From Lineus longissimus (Eukaryota): DNA of 64,000 nucleotides. The stretch is from positions 2,232,001-2,296,000 of the forward strand of contig NC_088308.1 in NCBI RefSeq assembly GCF_910592395.1, read 5' to 3'. A program made the translations under genes and the position numbers. Below are positions 1 to 12,028 of the stretch, piece after piece (position 1 is the first letter of the stretch; each line of letters opens with the position of its first letter). Under the pieces are notes generated by a model. The model searched no databases, was not told the DNA's origin, and saw only the letters and a list, made by a program, of their open reading frames with translations.

Positions 1-2180
1 AGGAGCAAAAAGCATCCATATTCTGATGGGTTTTACGAGTGGATAGTTCTCGGTCTGCAGAATTTTGTTAAAAATGTACCAAGTGTCAATTTCTGAAGAG
101 TTGTAACTGAATCCATTGTTATAATCAGTTGTTTTAGAAATGTGTGGCTTTTCACATTTGGCCAGGTTATCCTTATCTCCAATTGGGCCCAGTTATTTTT
201 GCCGACCAATGCATATGATTACAGCATCTTGACCTATCATGTCTAAAATCCCTACACATCTTCTAAGAGCTGATAAAAGGGATGTTATGGTCTCACCAAA
301 ATGGCACATGGTCATTCTACATTCCATGTTGCAATTAGGTAATTAGAACAGGTACAAATCTATGTCGACCATTCTGCATGAACAGGGTTAAGGCGTTTGC
401 CATGGATATCAGTCCTGCTTGATTTCAGATGAATTATTCATACAGTTCTCAAGGAAACCAAATAATATTAGGCAGATATTGAAGAAAAAAAAGTGGTGTG
501 GTGGTACGTGACTAGGCTTGGGCTGACCATGCATCTTGGGTGTCGGTTCCTGGGCAGAGAGGTTTTAGCATGTCAAGTAGCACATGATATATTATGGCAA
601 ACTGTGGTCTACCAGCCAGGGTGCTCAGTAGAAAATCTAGAAGAAGTAGAAAATTATTTTAATCGTTGCTTGTTTGTATGTAAAATGCATTGGAGACTGC
701 CGAAGAAGTGCCAGCAGCATTTTGTTAAATAACTTTACTTTTTGGGGGAGGAGCTTCACAAGGTAAGTGTTCACCAACAAGGACTTTTTTAAAGCTAAAA
801 TACAGTCCATCTTTATGAACATGACGAACAGCTAAAGAAGACTGTCACTGCCCTTTTGTCCCTATGATACAACACTTTTTCACTTAATAGAGTGGTAGAG
901 CAAACACAACTCTCACAATAGGAAAAGTATTTCCATCTTTTGAAACACAAAGAGAACAGTTTTGGAAAAAGCTGACAGGGAGCAGCAAAGTTAATGGCAT
1001 CAGTCATGTTACAAAATGAAAACGGTCAAAAAAATTAGCATTCAGACCTGGCAGCGTCTTGGTTTCCTTGCTTTTTCTTGCCTATGAAAAGGGATGCATC
1101 CGAGGAAAAAAATGTCCCTGGCTAAAAGGATGATTACTCTGTCTTCATTGGTTTGAAGAATTACCTCCATGGTTTTTTTGTACATATAAGATTTACCATC
1201 GTTGGCATTAGGGATCACAGAAACGGATTTCTTTCAAGATTTCTGTAAGCCTATAAAGTAAAATAAGCATAATGAAGCATAAAGCTGTATAGGAAACTTT
1301 GCCAACATCATTTGTGATCATATTTTTATCGGAAAATTTGTGAAAAGACTAGGTGTCAGACGCACATATACGATCTTTTTCAAAGGATTTTGCTTTTTCG
1401 AGAGGTAGGGTCTGAAGAGATGACAATTGAGACTCGAGTTGGCATAAATATGTTCCTAAAGCTCTTGGAAACTAATAGAAAGGATGATGGGGAAGCCGAG
1501 GGGCGAGCAAAGAAAAGGGTATGCTAGATTAAAAATCAGCTGTATATACTATTCAATTGCTTGGCAACATTTTTTTTCTTTAAGTAAACTACATGTAATG
1601 CTTCTTGATGGGAATCTGAAAAAGATGTGGGTAGGCCATTATGAGCCATATATATACTCTTTAAGTTTATCATTCTAAGACCGTTTACTCAGTTTTCAAG
1701 TGGACCCCAAAATATGCACATGATTGTTTCTTGATGTTGTCCATTCATCATGTTCAGTTTGTTAGACGGTTAACTTGATAAGATGCAAAAACCATGGTGG
1801 TCAAGATTCATGAATTGATGTAATTATCAAATCCATTTATTCTCCAGACATCTGAAAAAACACAGGGCAATATCCTTTGGTTGGTCTCCACGGGGCCATC
1901 AATGACCAGCAATCTCAATGTTAGTCAATGCTAATCTTGACCACCACTTGTCACTTCCTTAAGAAACCAGAGCTAAAAATACAAGATAAATGTTATCAAC
2001 ATTAGCCCGTGCATACTCTTATGGGACAAGAAAATCTAGTACAGTTGTAAAAGTATCCTGTTAAGGGAATACAATACTCCTGTAACGGAGATAAGAGTTG
2101 CAATGGGCAGAGGAGGCGATTCAGATTTTAAGACATCAAGAATTTCATTTCAATGGTTATTTTCATGAATTGTCAAAAAT

Positions 2181-2280
2181 GGAGGGGAAACAAGAAGACC
2201 AGGTCTACTGGTTCAAGCTGGAACCAGGTTGTGTCATTAAAACAGGCCCGAATTTAACAGTTGGTATTGTACTCCCCTCC
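2181..2280. mobile_element. Short MITE-like element, copy 1
   Basis: 2210-2282 is nearly identical to 3897-3969. Ends GGAGGGGAAACAA and TTGTACTCCCCTCC are imperfect terminal inverted repeats; internal IR CTGGTTC/GAACCAG. Confidence 0.5.
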
Positions 2281-3852
2281 TATGGTGGCAATTTTCAAAT
2301 TCAGGGTCAATTTTTAAATTTCTAAATGAACAGTGTAGTCTTTGAGTGTTGTCTTCATAAGGAGGGTGAACAAGTTTAGTCTTCATGTCCTCAATGAGAT
2401 GTTATTGACCGCCTGAGCCCAGCCTAACCTCGGTCCATTTTCCACCCACCCACCTGATGATTCAGGAGCAGCAGTCATATTGTGTTTGGAATAATGCCAG
2501 CCATCATTTACCATCACTGCTATGGCGATCAATTGGGATAACCCTCACACCTGACAAGAAGCTCATTGGTGGAGTCGCCTGTTGATTGTGACCTTGAATG
2601 TCTGGGGCGCCGCAAATATTTTTGCAAATTTTCTTGATTCAGGAACTAATTGCCAATTGTTCCAACGGTATTTAATTACTTACGAAGTAATTGCATGCCT
2701 GGTTAATTAATTTGTGACTATAAAAAGTGATCGGTATATTGTCTTGTAGGTAATCACATTGTCTTTAACCCTTTTGGACTGTTGCCTTTGTAACTTAATC
2801 GTCCTGCAGTTTCACTTCTTGGTTAGTCAATATACCTTCAGTTTTGAATATGCAGCTGCGTTGGCTTCCACCACACACCTCATTGCACAAGAGAGTATAA
2901 TCATTACAACATAAAAAACCTTCCTGCTCCTGTATTTGCCTATAAATCACGCCAAATGACACGAAAACAGCTACAACTCGACTTTCGTCTCCTGCACAGA
3001 AAAAAATCCATTAGTTGTGATAGCCCGAAATTGGCTAAATGGTTATCAAATCACCGCAGTTTGAGGTCCTTCATTCAATAGATCTTCTGCAGCACAAAAA
3101 ACGCCGCACAAAAAATGACCGAGTCGCGCGTATAAGTTGCTAATTATCTGAATATAGCCTCGATGTAGAGCATCCTGTGACGAAGAGCTTGAGTTGATTC
3201 GATGCCAATCATATTTCCGCGTAAGAACACGATGAATTACGCATCTGTTGTCTGCCCGGAGTGTCAATGTTTTTCTTGTATTTTTTCTGCGTCTGCTCTT
3301 GAGTGGAGTGGAGTGGAATGGCTGCACAATGCTACTATTGGTGTGCAGTGTTCAATCAGTGAGTGGACGCAATAATGCCATCATGTTTTTTGCTGCTTCA
3401 TCTTTGATGGGTGATTATGAAAACATTGCTGGGTCATTGTGCAATGATAATCAAATAACCCAAGGGTGTTCGCCGTTTGCCGAGGACGGACGTAACATTA
3501 TGACTGCTGCACGGGTGTGTGTGTCAAAAAACTAAAAAGGGGGAGTTTGTGTTTGAGTTTACTATTTCGGCTCCCTTTGATTTAATGAGGTGTAGGCTAT
3601 TTGCATCCGCTAGGGGAAAATCAAGCAGGGAAAAGGGACAGAAATTCGGATGGAATTAAACTTACCAAAATGTGAAGTTCATCTACATAACAGGGAGCGT
3701 AGGGAAGGCAAGTCTGCCAGACTGTCAAATTGGCCTGTTTATACCAAAAGTTATGAGACTGCAATAACCGATTCATAAGAAGTTACAGAAGTTTTGGAAA
3801 TTGATTATTATGAATTCTTGTCTTGAGAGTAATGACAGGCCGAAGTAATTCC

Positions 3853-3968
3853 AGAGGAGGAGTAATATGTTGAATAATCAATAGAAAAAAGGCCTAGGTT
3901 CGAGCTGGAACCAGGGTGTGTCATTAAAACAGACCCGAATATAACAGTTGGTATGGTACTCCCCTCCT
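3853..3968. mobile_element. Short MITE-like element, copy 2
   Basis: Shares about 73 bp with 2210-2282; left end AGAGGAGGAGTA is an imperfect inverse of right end TACTCCCCTCCT. Confidence 0.5.
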
Positions 3969-5048
3969 AATACCCTCAGTACCTTTTTGTTTAGGCTGCC
4001 AGAATCTATGTTGAGTCCACTTTAAGCATTAATTGCTGCAACTTGTATAATGCTGTGTCCAATTCAGTTGGCTATACAGGGGCACCTGTACGAAAGGATC
4101 TTACATGAAATAGGCCAATATTTCTGCAATGTACTCATTGCTTTTGACAATTTGAAACTTTTAATGAGGAAGCTCCAAACTTCTTTAAATTTAGAAAACA
4201 TCTAATTTCTCTGAAAAAAGCAACCTCATTAGTCTCCTTGCAGTTTTCAATTTCATAACAAATTTATTCACCTTATGTCGCATCCAGTGTTTTCTTGGCT
4301 CGTTAGTCTTTGGTGAAATCTTACCAGGCTAGTTAGCCCATGTCTCAAACGTCCAGTTGATGTTAATTTTCTCCCAAATTAAGTTGCCATGGAGACACGC
4401 TTTTATTGCGATGACGACATGTAACAAGGAGAAAATGTCAGTGTGTCATAAAATGTCAGTGTGTCATACTCTTCTTTGGGTCTTGAAGGACATTTATTCC
4501 TAATTGATGACAATTTAAACTTGTTAAATCTCAGTTAAATTTATTGCTTAATTGCTGAATCTGAAAAGTAGTGTCAGGTTTTACTCTTTGCAGGTCCAGA
4601 GAAGTGATATGAAATACTATAAAGGCCTTGCTAGGTTCATTAGCCCTGTCGGAAGATATGGTGATGAGCAGTAAAGCCTCAAGAAAGGAGAGGTTGGCCC
4701 TGTTATCTGTCCCTTAAGTCGACCTGATTCATTTTTGCATCTAAAGCCGCGCTCAGACAATGTGGGCTGGCTTGCCTGTTTTTTTTTAGACTTTGATGAC
4801 CTGAAACATGGTTTCTTCTCATAAGCTACGATATTGGTTGCAAAGATGTAGTTCAGTTTTTTCTGATAATCCTTTCTGAATCATCTGGCATTCTGCTTCT
4901 TAACCTGCTCAAGTTTCTCTCCTGAGAAGTTGCTTTGTGGCCTTGCTGTTGGGTGCCATTTGCTGAGTGCTGCTACGGATGGTCACCAGTAGAGGTTATT
5001 GGCGTATTGTGGAATCGGTCTTAGGGAGTTGGACTTCATAAGAAGTTA

Positions 5049-5550
5049 CTCTAGTTTACAAGGAATCATTGTTTTATGTCCACCACCACCACCACCATCA
5101 CCCCCAATTCAAAGTTCAGGGTCACATTTCTCTAGTTTACAAGGAATCATGGTTTTATGTCCACCACCACCACCATTATCACCCCCAATTCAAAGTTCAG
5201 GGTCACATTTCTCTAGTTTACAAGGAATCATGGTTTCCATCACCATCACCCCCAATTCAAAGTCCAGGGTCACATTTCTCTAGTTTACAAGGAATCATGG
5301 TTTTATGTCCACCACCACCACCACCACCACCACCACCACCACCATCACCCCCAATTCAAAGTTCAGGGTCACATTTCTCTAGTTTACAAGGAATCATGGT
5401 TTTATGTCCACCACCACCACCACCACCACCACCATCACCCCCAATTCAAAGTTCAGGGTCACATTTCTCTAGTTTACAAGGAATCATGGTTTTATGTCCA
5501 TCACCACCACCACCACCATCACCCCCAATTCAAAGTTCAGGGTCACATTT
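5049..5550. repeat. Compound minisatellite, 6 units with a nested variable (CCA)n tract
   Basis: Unit CTCTAGTTTACAAGGAATCATGGTTTTATGT(CCA)nTCACCCCCAATTCAAAGTTCAGGGTCACATTT starts at about 5049, 5130, 5211, 5278, 5377 and 5467. The poly-Pro/poly-His ORFs here are by-products. Confidence 0.95.
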
Positions 5551-7231
5551 TGATTCAAATTCATTGAGGGTCTTTCACATTCTTTTTCGGAATTAAATTT
5601 GTTTGTTGGTGGTCTTATAGGGTTAAGTGGTTATAAATACAACTGTATGTTTAAGATGGTGACATCTCCGAAAATGGCAGTGCTTGTCACTTCGGGTTTG
5701 ACATGTTCGTGATCTTGCATATTATATTATCACCCGCGCCACTGCATGCTGTACATCAAGTCTGATTGCATATTGAGCAGTAAACCCAATCACTTTGCTG
5801 ATGTAGCATGCCGTCCCAGATCAATAGGATTCGACAATATCGATTCAGAGTTATATATGTGGTCCATTCACAATGTAAGTATATCACATACAGGCCCTGA
5901 AGACTATTATTTGGTTAACAATGCGCTATACAGGGCGGTGTAATGGATTTTCGCTGCTCAATTCTCTTGTGTCGAGAAGTGAAATAGGAAATGATCAAGT
6001 AGCGTGCAGGAATGCTAAGCTAGATCATTGATTCGGTAGCTGGTCGCTGTAAATCGGGTAACATTTGCAAAGCTGAACATCTTTCATTTGCAGTTTTCTG
6101 TAATAATTCACAGGTGCCTTCCCAAGAATCGATGATAAATGATAAAAATTGCGATAAAAATACCTCCTTTGCACTGCACTTTGAAATAAAATTTAAAACA
6201 TACTGTGAGTATCCAAAGTGTGGTGAAATCCATCATGTGCAAATGCTCTACATGCCCAAATCATAATGGCTGGTGGTGCAATAATATAATTAGGACTTAC
6301 ACTGCGCAGATCATATGTAAACAATGTTGACAGGGGGACTGAGCCTTAAATAGCCTAGATATATAATTATAATCTCATCTCACATTTTGTTCTGAGAGAA
6401 ATAATCTGATATAGAACACGCAACTCCAACACTCTAAATCATATCAGCCTCTTGCTACAATCAAGAAACTCATTCAATTACTGTTGAATAGCATGTTGCA
6501 CTTTATATGCAGGACATGAAAATGGTTTTATTTGCTTCGAATGACATTAATCATATCCATAAAGAGACATCCAGTTATTCCGACCTCTCAAGTCTACATT
6601 CAATTGCATAATGCTCCGGTGACTTTTAATGGCAACATTCCGGCAGCAGCCGATTTGTGGTTGCATGACTACTGGCTTTTTATGCAGCAAATTATTTTGA
6701 CTTTGACTTTGAAGTCTTGGTTTCTACGTATTACTAGGTATCACCCGTATCTTCAAACTTTGGAATGAATGTTGGTCTTTGCATTCAACACTCATTTTGT
6801 CCCATGCGACTTGATTTTCAGCCTATAAGATGGAGGCCTGCAAACTCTGGTGAAAGAAGAAATATTAGTATACTTAATAAACTGAGTTGATTCTTTGAGA
6901 GTGACTGGTACCTTCTGAATACGACAGTCCTACTTCCCCTTACCAAATCAATCAAAACATTTAAATGAAAAACCCGACACACATCTGAAATCACTTGAGA
7001 TGGGGATGTCATTAGTGCTACATCATGGAAATTCCCTCGAGGGTCAGACAAAATGGATACCTCGGGTCGTGTGCATGTTCCCTTGTTTGTCATGATGGAT
7101 ATTGGCGGCCGACCGATCTGTCCATCTATCGGACACCTCATTCCCAATATTTTGACAGGTCAGCTAATGATGAACATATTCACTTGGTATTTTGTGGAAA
7201 TGGGTTGAAATTACTTATCAAGCTATTTTAG

Positions 7232-7547
7232 TGACTGAAAGTTGAAAAAAAATTTAAGTCCAAAAATTTTTCACTTGTTTTTTTTCTGCTCAAAATGAAC
7301 CAACATCATCAGTCCCTAAACATTTTGGACTTTGAAAAAATTTCAAAATTTTGTACTGACTGAAAGTTGAAAAAATTTCTAAGTCCAAATGAAAATTTCT
7401 AAGTCCAGATTTTTTTTCACTACTTTTTTTTTCTGCTCAAAATGAAGCAACATCATCAGTCCCAAAACTTTTTTGTCTTTGAAATTTTTCAAAATTTTGA
7501 CTTTTTTTCTGCGAACCCTTACCCTTACCAAGTATGGCGTATACTTG
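7232..7547 (-). mobile_element. Dispersed repeat with internal ~128-bp tandem units (Helentron/HINE-like), copy 1
   Basis: Two units containing the reverse complement of GGGACTGATGATGTTGGTTCATTTTGAGCAGAAAA, then ACCCTTACCCTTACC and a terminal perfect stem-loop CAAGTAT-GGCGT-ATACTTG (7529-7547) followed by Ts. Homologous to 25951-26259 and 34374-34692. The superfamily is inferred. Confidence 0.75.
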
Positions 7548-7914
7548 TTTGTGTTAAATAGTCTGTGGTAAGTAGTCTGACATTAAAAATGTAGTTGCAC
7601 GACATGCCACTTTCCACTTCTGATTCCCAGCGATATGTAGTTACTGCGTGACACCATCATTGACCAACCGTGAATAACACGGGTGGATTCTTTCACAACA
7701 GTGCATGAGTAAGTGATCGTAAAACCATGTTTTCTCGGCATCAGCATCAATGAGTAGATTTCCTGCTAGAAAATCATGCAGAAATATCTTAAATACCTTC
7801 ATGACAAAACACCGACCATTTCTGCACGACAGTCACGATACAGGCATTTCTAAAAGTAAATTCATGTATTTCCTACATTATTTCTACTGGTATGCGATTC
7901 TGCCAACAATAATG

Positions 7915-8197
7915 TTACTTACAAACGCACACCACTCAAGTAAATTCTTGCTGCTTCTGTTCTCGATGCTATTTTTAACAGGTACGGCTTTCATGCAGAC
8001 AACCAGTCTTAGCTTCAATAGTAACAATTCAATAGCCGTGTTTTTTTCCAATCCCGGTCGAAGTCCTTATGTGTCAACTGTCAGTCAGCGATTTTCATCT
8101 CAATTTAGTTTTTTACCTTGGGCCTCTAAGATAGTATTTTCTTCAACGTTTTTGTAATCATGCAAAAAATAGTGCGCACAAAATCGATATTGTGATA
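7915..8197 (-). pseudogene. Highly degenerate non-LTR (RTE-like) reverse transcriptase remnant
   Basis: With frameshifts and stops the minus strand reads TISILC..YKTLKKILS*RPKVKN*IEMKIAD*Q..GLRPGLEKNTAI..IENRSSKNLLEWCAFV. This follows the motif order of LINE RT domains 2-3 (R.ISL..KIL..R..EEQ.GFRPG..T..AI..LY.CFVD). Confidence 0.4.
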
Positions 8198-11010
8198 TTG
8201 ATGTGGTTACATAAGACTCTGGAGATTGGAAGCCTTATAGGCAGTTGAAACATCAGTGACTGGCACCTCTGCGGTCCTGTGTTTGATTTCCGATCGGTAC
8301 TTAAATTATTCAAAAAGTTGAATGTAGGAGATACATCATGCTATTTTCTGTCTCATTATTTCATGCTTACTCTAACAACATGCATTTCCCAACACAGAAA
8401 TAATTAGGATGAATTTTCACATCGCTGTTTGATCTACGAGTCTGAGGGCACTTCCTTCACCAATTTCCTTATACGTCTCAGCATTGTTGAACGCCATCAA
8501 AACGAACCAGTGATGGCTAAGTAATTTACGTCTGCCAAGATCGCAATTCCAACACAGCGACTTCAATCCCGACGGGATCGAGTCCTCCGATCGTCTAGGT
8601 GTCGTGGCCATATCCTCACAAATTGATGAGAGTGCCATCGTCATTCATCATCGAATCGAAGCATTTTCAAAAGTGAAGTTGAAAATTATGCGTCTGTAGC
8701 GCTAGATGAACCATGTGAAGTATTTTAGATATGAATTTCTTGGTGTGTTCAGCAACATTGTTGACATGAGTGTGATATATTCTGACAATGATTTGGTTCT
8801 CATGCCATGACAAGTTCCTCACAATGTGCTCAAATAAGATGAAATTTCATTAACTTCTCTATTTCTAATGGATACTGTTACATTATTACACATGAATGGT
8901 ACATTATGCTTTTCAAGGTGTTATAAGTATTGTCGTCTGCCCCCTATCTTCTGCTTCCTTGGTTTTAATGTTTACTTTCTTTCCATTGAGTAACTTTGAA
9001 AGCATTTCACTCAAATTGAAAGTCACAATGGCAAATTCTTATGTATTTTGATGTCTTTATATCATCCTTCAGTAAATATGAATATATTTCATTAATATTT
9101 GAAAGTATTTTCTGCTCCCCTTATATATGGTTTGACATAAAACTTTCACAAAGAACTTTAAAGATATTTTGAACAATTTTCAAGAGAACTTTGGTCATCT
9201 AGAATCCATTTTGTTGGAAATTGAACTCATGGTGGCATGACCTGAAGCATTGATGTACCTTGCTATGTTATTACTCATTGATTGAAATTTGATGATTTCA
9301 TCGCATGGTCTTCTGCTATTGTCATCCACTACCTATCTTCTGCTCCAAATCCAAACGTCTGCTCAAAGCATTACAATAAAAACGATCACATTTCAAAGGT
9401 TTTGCCTTGTAATATAAAATTGTTATGGTATATGATGATCTCAAATTGATTCAAAATGGCTGGTTGCATTATCGACTTTGTGTGGGGCTATCGGGTTTTG
9501 TACAATTTGAAGAAAACATATGGGTGGCTGATGTCAAGGTTAAGGTCAAGGTCATTGGTGGATGGAGTTGCTGTGACCATGGTCAAGGTCATCAAAGGTT
9601 CAAGTTGGGGGTTATAGTCTCATATCAACTAGCGGAGGTGATCATCCAACTTCGCATTTAAACCCCCGACTATCCTGAAACCTTTCAGTAAAACTCGATG
9701 AGCTTCTCATTCAGCACGACAATCTGAGCATTTCTAACAGGTATCCTGACTTTGGGGTTCGAACCAGGGGCCAAGCATGTGGGTCACTAGCCTACATTTG
9801 GTTTCTCTTCTCTCTTCATTATGGACGAATACTTCAACATTCCATTCCATGTAAATCACTAAAACAGAACTGGTAGAAAATGTTCTCTGCCTCAAAAATA
9901 TATCAGTTACTGATAGCATTCCATCCTCTGGCACTGGTTATGAAAGCAGGACTATAAGGATTGCCCCAAAGATATCTAGTTCACAGAAGTAGCCGTGCTA
10001 CAAAAAGTAAACAGGCACCGAAAATAATCCGCATTGATTTTTTTGGACAAAAATAGTAATATGGGTGATTGAGATCGACTGTGATCAGATGTGATGTCTC
10101 AATTGGTGCGGCAGGCCATATTGGTAATATGATCAGGGAGGAGATGGAAAACATGTTGAGTGCAGTGCTGAGGAACAGATGTACTTTGAAATCATTGCTA
10201 AAAGGTCAATGATCAGGCCTCTGATATGGATACAAACAAGGATTCATTAGGAGATGCATACTTGATACAAGTCATTGGTCTGATCACGGACATCTTAGAA
10301 ATGATTTTGCTGTAGGTGAATGTTGGGTTCCTTTGAATACATTTGACACAGTGGGTTTTTTCAATCCAAAAAATCTCTTTGCTCCTTTTCACCTCTGTGA
10401 TTAGTTTAGGAAGAACCACTTTTAGCCTAATGAGGACACTGAAAAAAATGGGTTTCAGGCACATTTCGGCACAGAAAGTGGTTCGATGTGCTGACTGCCC
10501 CAAGGGAAACTCGCCACCACTGCCTACCCACCCCACCCCACCTATATGACCCATCTCCTATCTCACCCAGCACAGCGAAATAAGATGATGAGCAACTCGG
10601 TTAGTTGAATGTCGTGTCTTGCACTGGAAAAGCATCATCTCAAAATAGAGCAAAGTATATGCATGTCAGGCAGCCAGGAGGCTGACACACATATTCAAAC
10701 CTTTTGATTACTCCATGTCTTGACATTTCCGCTTTGGTCCCATCAATTCTGTGGCTCGGTTTAAAAATCATCAACGCTGCCGACGTAACCCCAGCGACCA
10801 AAACCAGGCGATCTAATTTATTTTCTAAGTGGATTTGATGTCGTCGTCAGTAAATCAGTCTCGCCGAGCGAGATGTATGCCAAGGCCATACACCGTCTGT
10901 CTCGATATTGCTGTTGGTTCAGTGGCATATCCTGCAGACGTTGCTGCAACATAGTAGCATGTGATTTCGTCAGAAACAAGAGAATCTTGTAATTGGATGC
11001 TGCGAAACCT

Positions 11011-11500
11011 GTCAGGCATGAAAGGCAAGGCCATAGATGAGGCTGAAGGAGTTTGCCCTGTGAATGGGGACGACTGGGTCATTCACTCAGAAATCATGCG
11101 TGAAGGGCAAGGTCTTAGATGAGGCTGATGGAGTTTGCCCTGTGAATGGGGACAACTGGGTCATTCACTCAGAAATCATGCGTGAAGGGCAAGGTCTTAG
11201 ATGAGGCTGATGGAGTTTGCCCTGTGAATGGGGACAACTGGGTCATTCACTCAGAAATCATGCGTGAAGGGCAAGGTCTTAGATGAGGCTGATGGAGTTT
11301 GCCCTGTAAATGGGGACAACTGGGTCATTCACTCAGAAATCAGGCATGAAGGGCAAGGTCTTAGATGAGGCTGATGGAGTTTGTCCTGTGAATGGGGACA
11401 GCTGGGTCATTCACTCAGAAATCTATCAGGCATAAAGGGCAATGTAGTGTGATAGAGTTTGTTCTGTGAAGGGGGACTTTTATTTTAAGTCATTCACTTT
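11011..11500. repeat. 82-bp tandem repeat, about 5.7 copies
   Basis: GAAATC recurs at 11090, 11172, 11254, 11336 and 11418 (period 82). Central copies are nearly identical and the terminal copies diverge. Confidence 0.95.
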
Positions 11501-12028
11501 GAAACCATACATGGCAGTGTCAGTCATATTTCGCACTTGCGGGGAGATTTGCCAAACATGGGAAATTAATGCAGAGCTGTTTATTGGTGACCATAGCTGG
11601 TTGTTGATGCCATAAATAATAAAGATGGTGAGGAATATATATCTTGGTCAAGATGCAGTAGTGGAGGGGCTTCAGCCCAAGCCATGCCCCACTCTCAACA
11701 GAAATCGATTCTAGATACCAGTATAGATTACCAGATCTTCCAAGCAAGTTCTGACATGCATTGTAATTTACTATTTGATGGATTTTCTATATCTAACTAT
11801 ATGAATATATTTTTGTGTTTATCTTATGGCAGTGGTATGATTCTTTGATTGTGCATGCCAAGTACAAAATTATCCCTATTTCATTAAGATAATTGTTCAT
11901 GCATATCTGAAGGAAGCCCTAATGTGATAATCACGTGTTTCAGAAAGTTGGTTCAATATCATTGTTTCTCAGTTATTACAATTAGATCCTAAAGTTTTGT
12001 TTTTGTTGTCTTTTTCAGATTGTGTGAG

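Noticed and set aside
180..340. Minus-strand LIATWNVE...LDMIG...MHWS resembling a LINE APE endonuclease start
   Set aside because: Only short motifs across frameshifts and stops; not distinguishable from chance without a search.
1870..1982. ATATCCTTT plus TTCCTTAAG suggesting an AT-AC U12 intron
   Set aside because: Imperfect branch site and no credible flanking coding exons.
4999..5596. Poly-Pro/poly-His ORFs and a CRISPR-like repeat-spacer look
   Set aside because: The variable parts are only (CCA)n slippage; eukaryotic context, no cas genes.
9740..9800. GGTTCGAACC B-box (tRNA or SINE)
   Set aside because: No A-box at suitable spacing and no cloverleaf.
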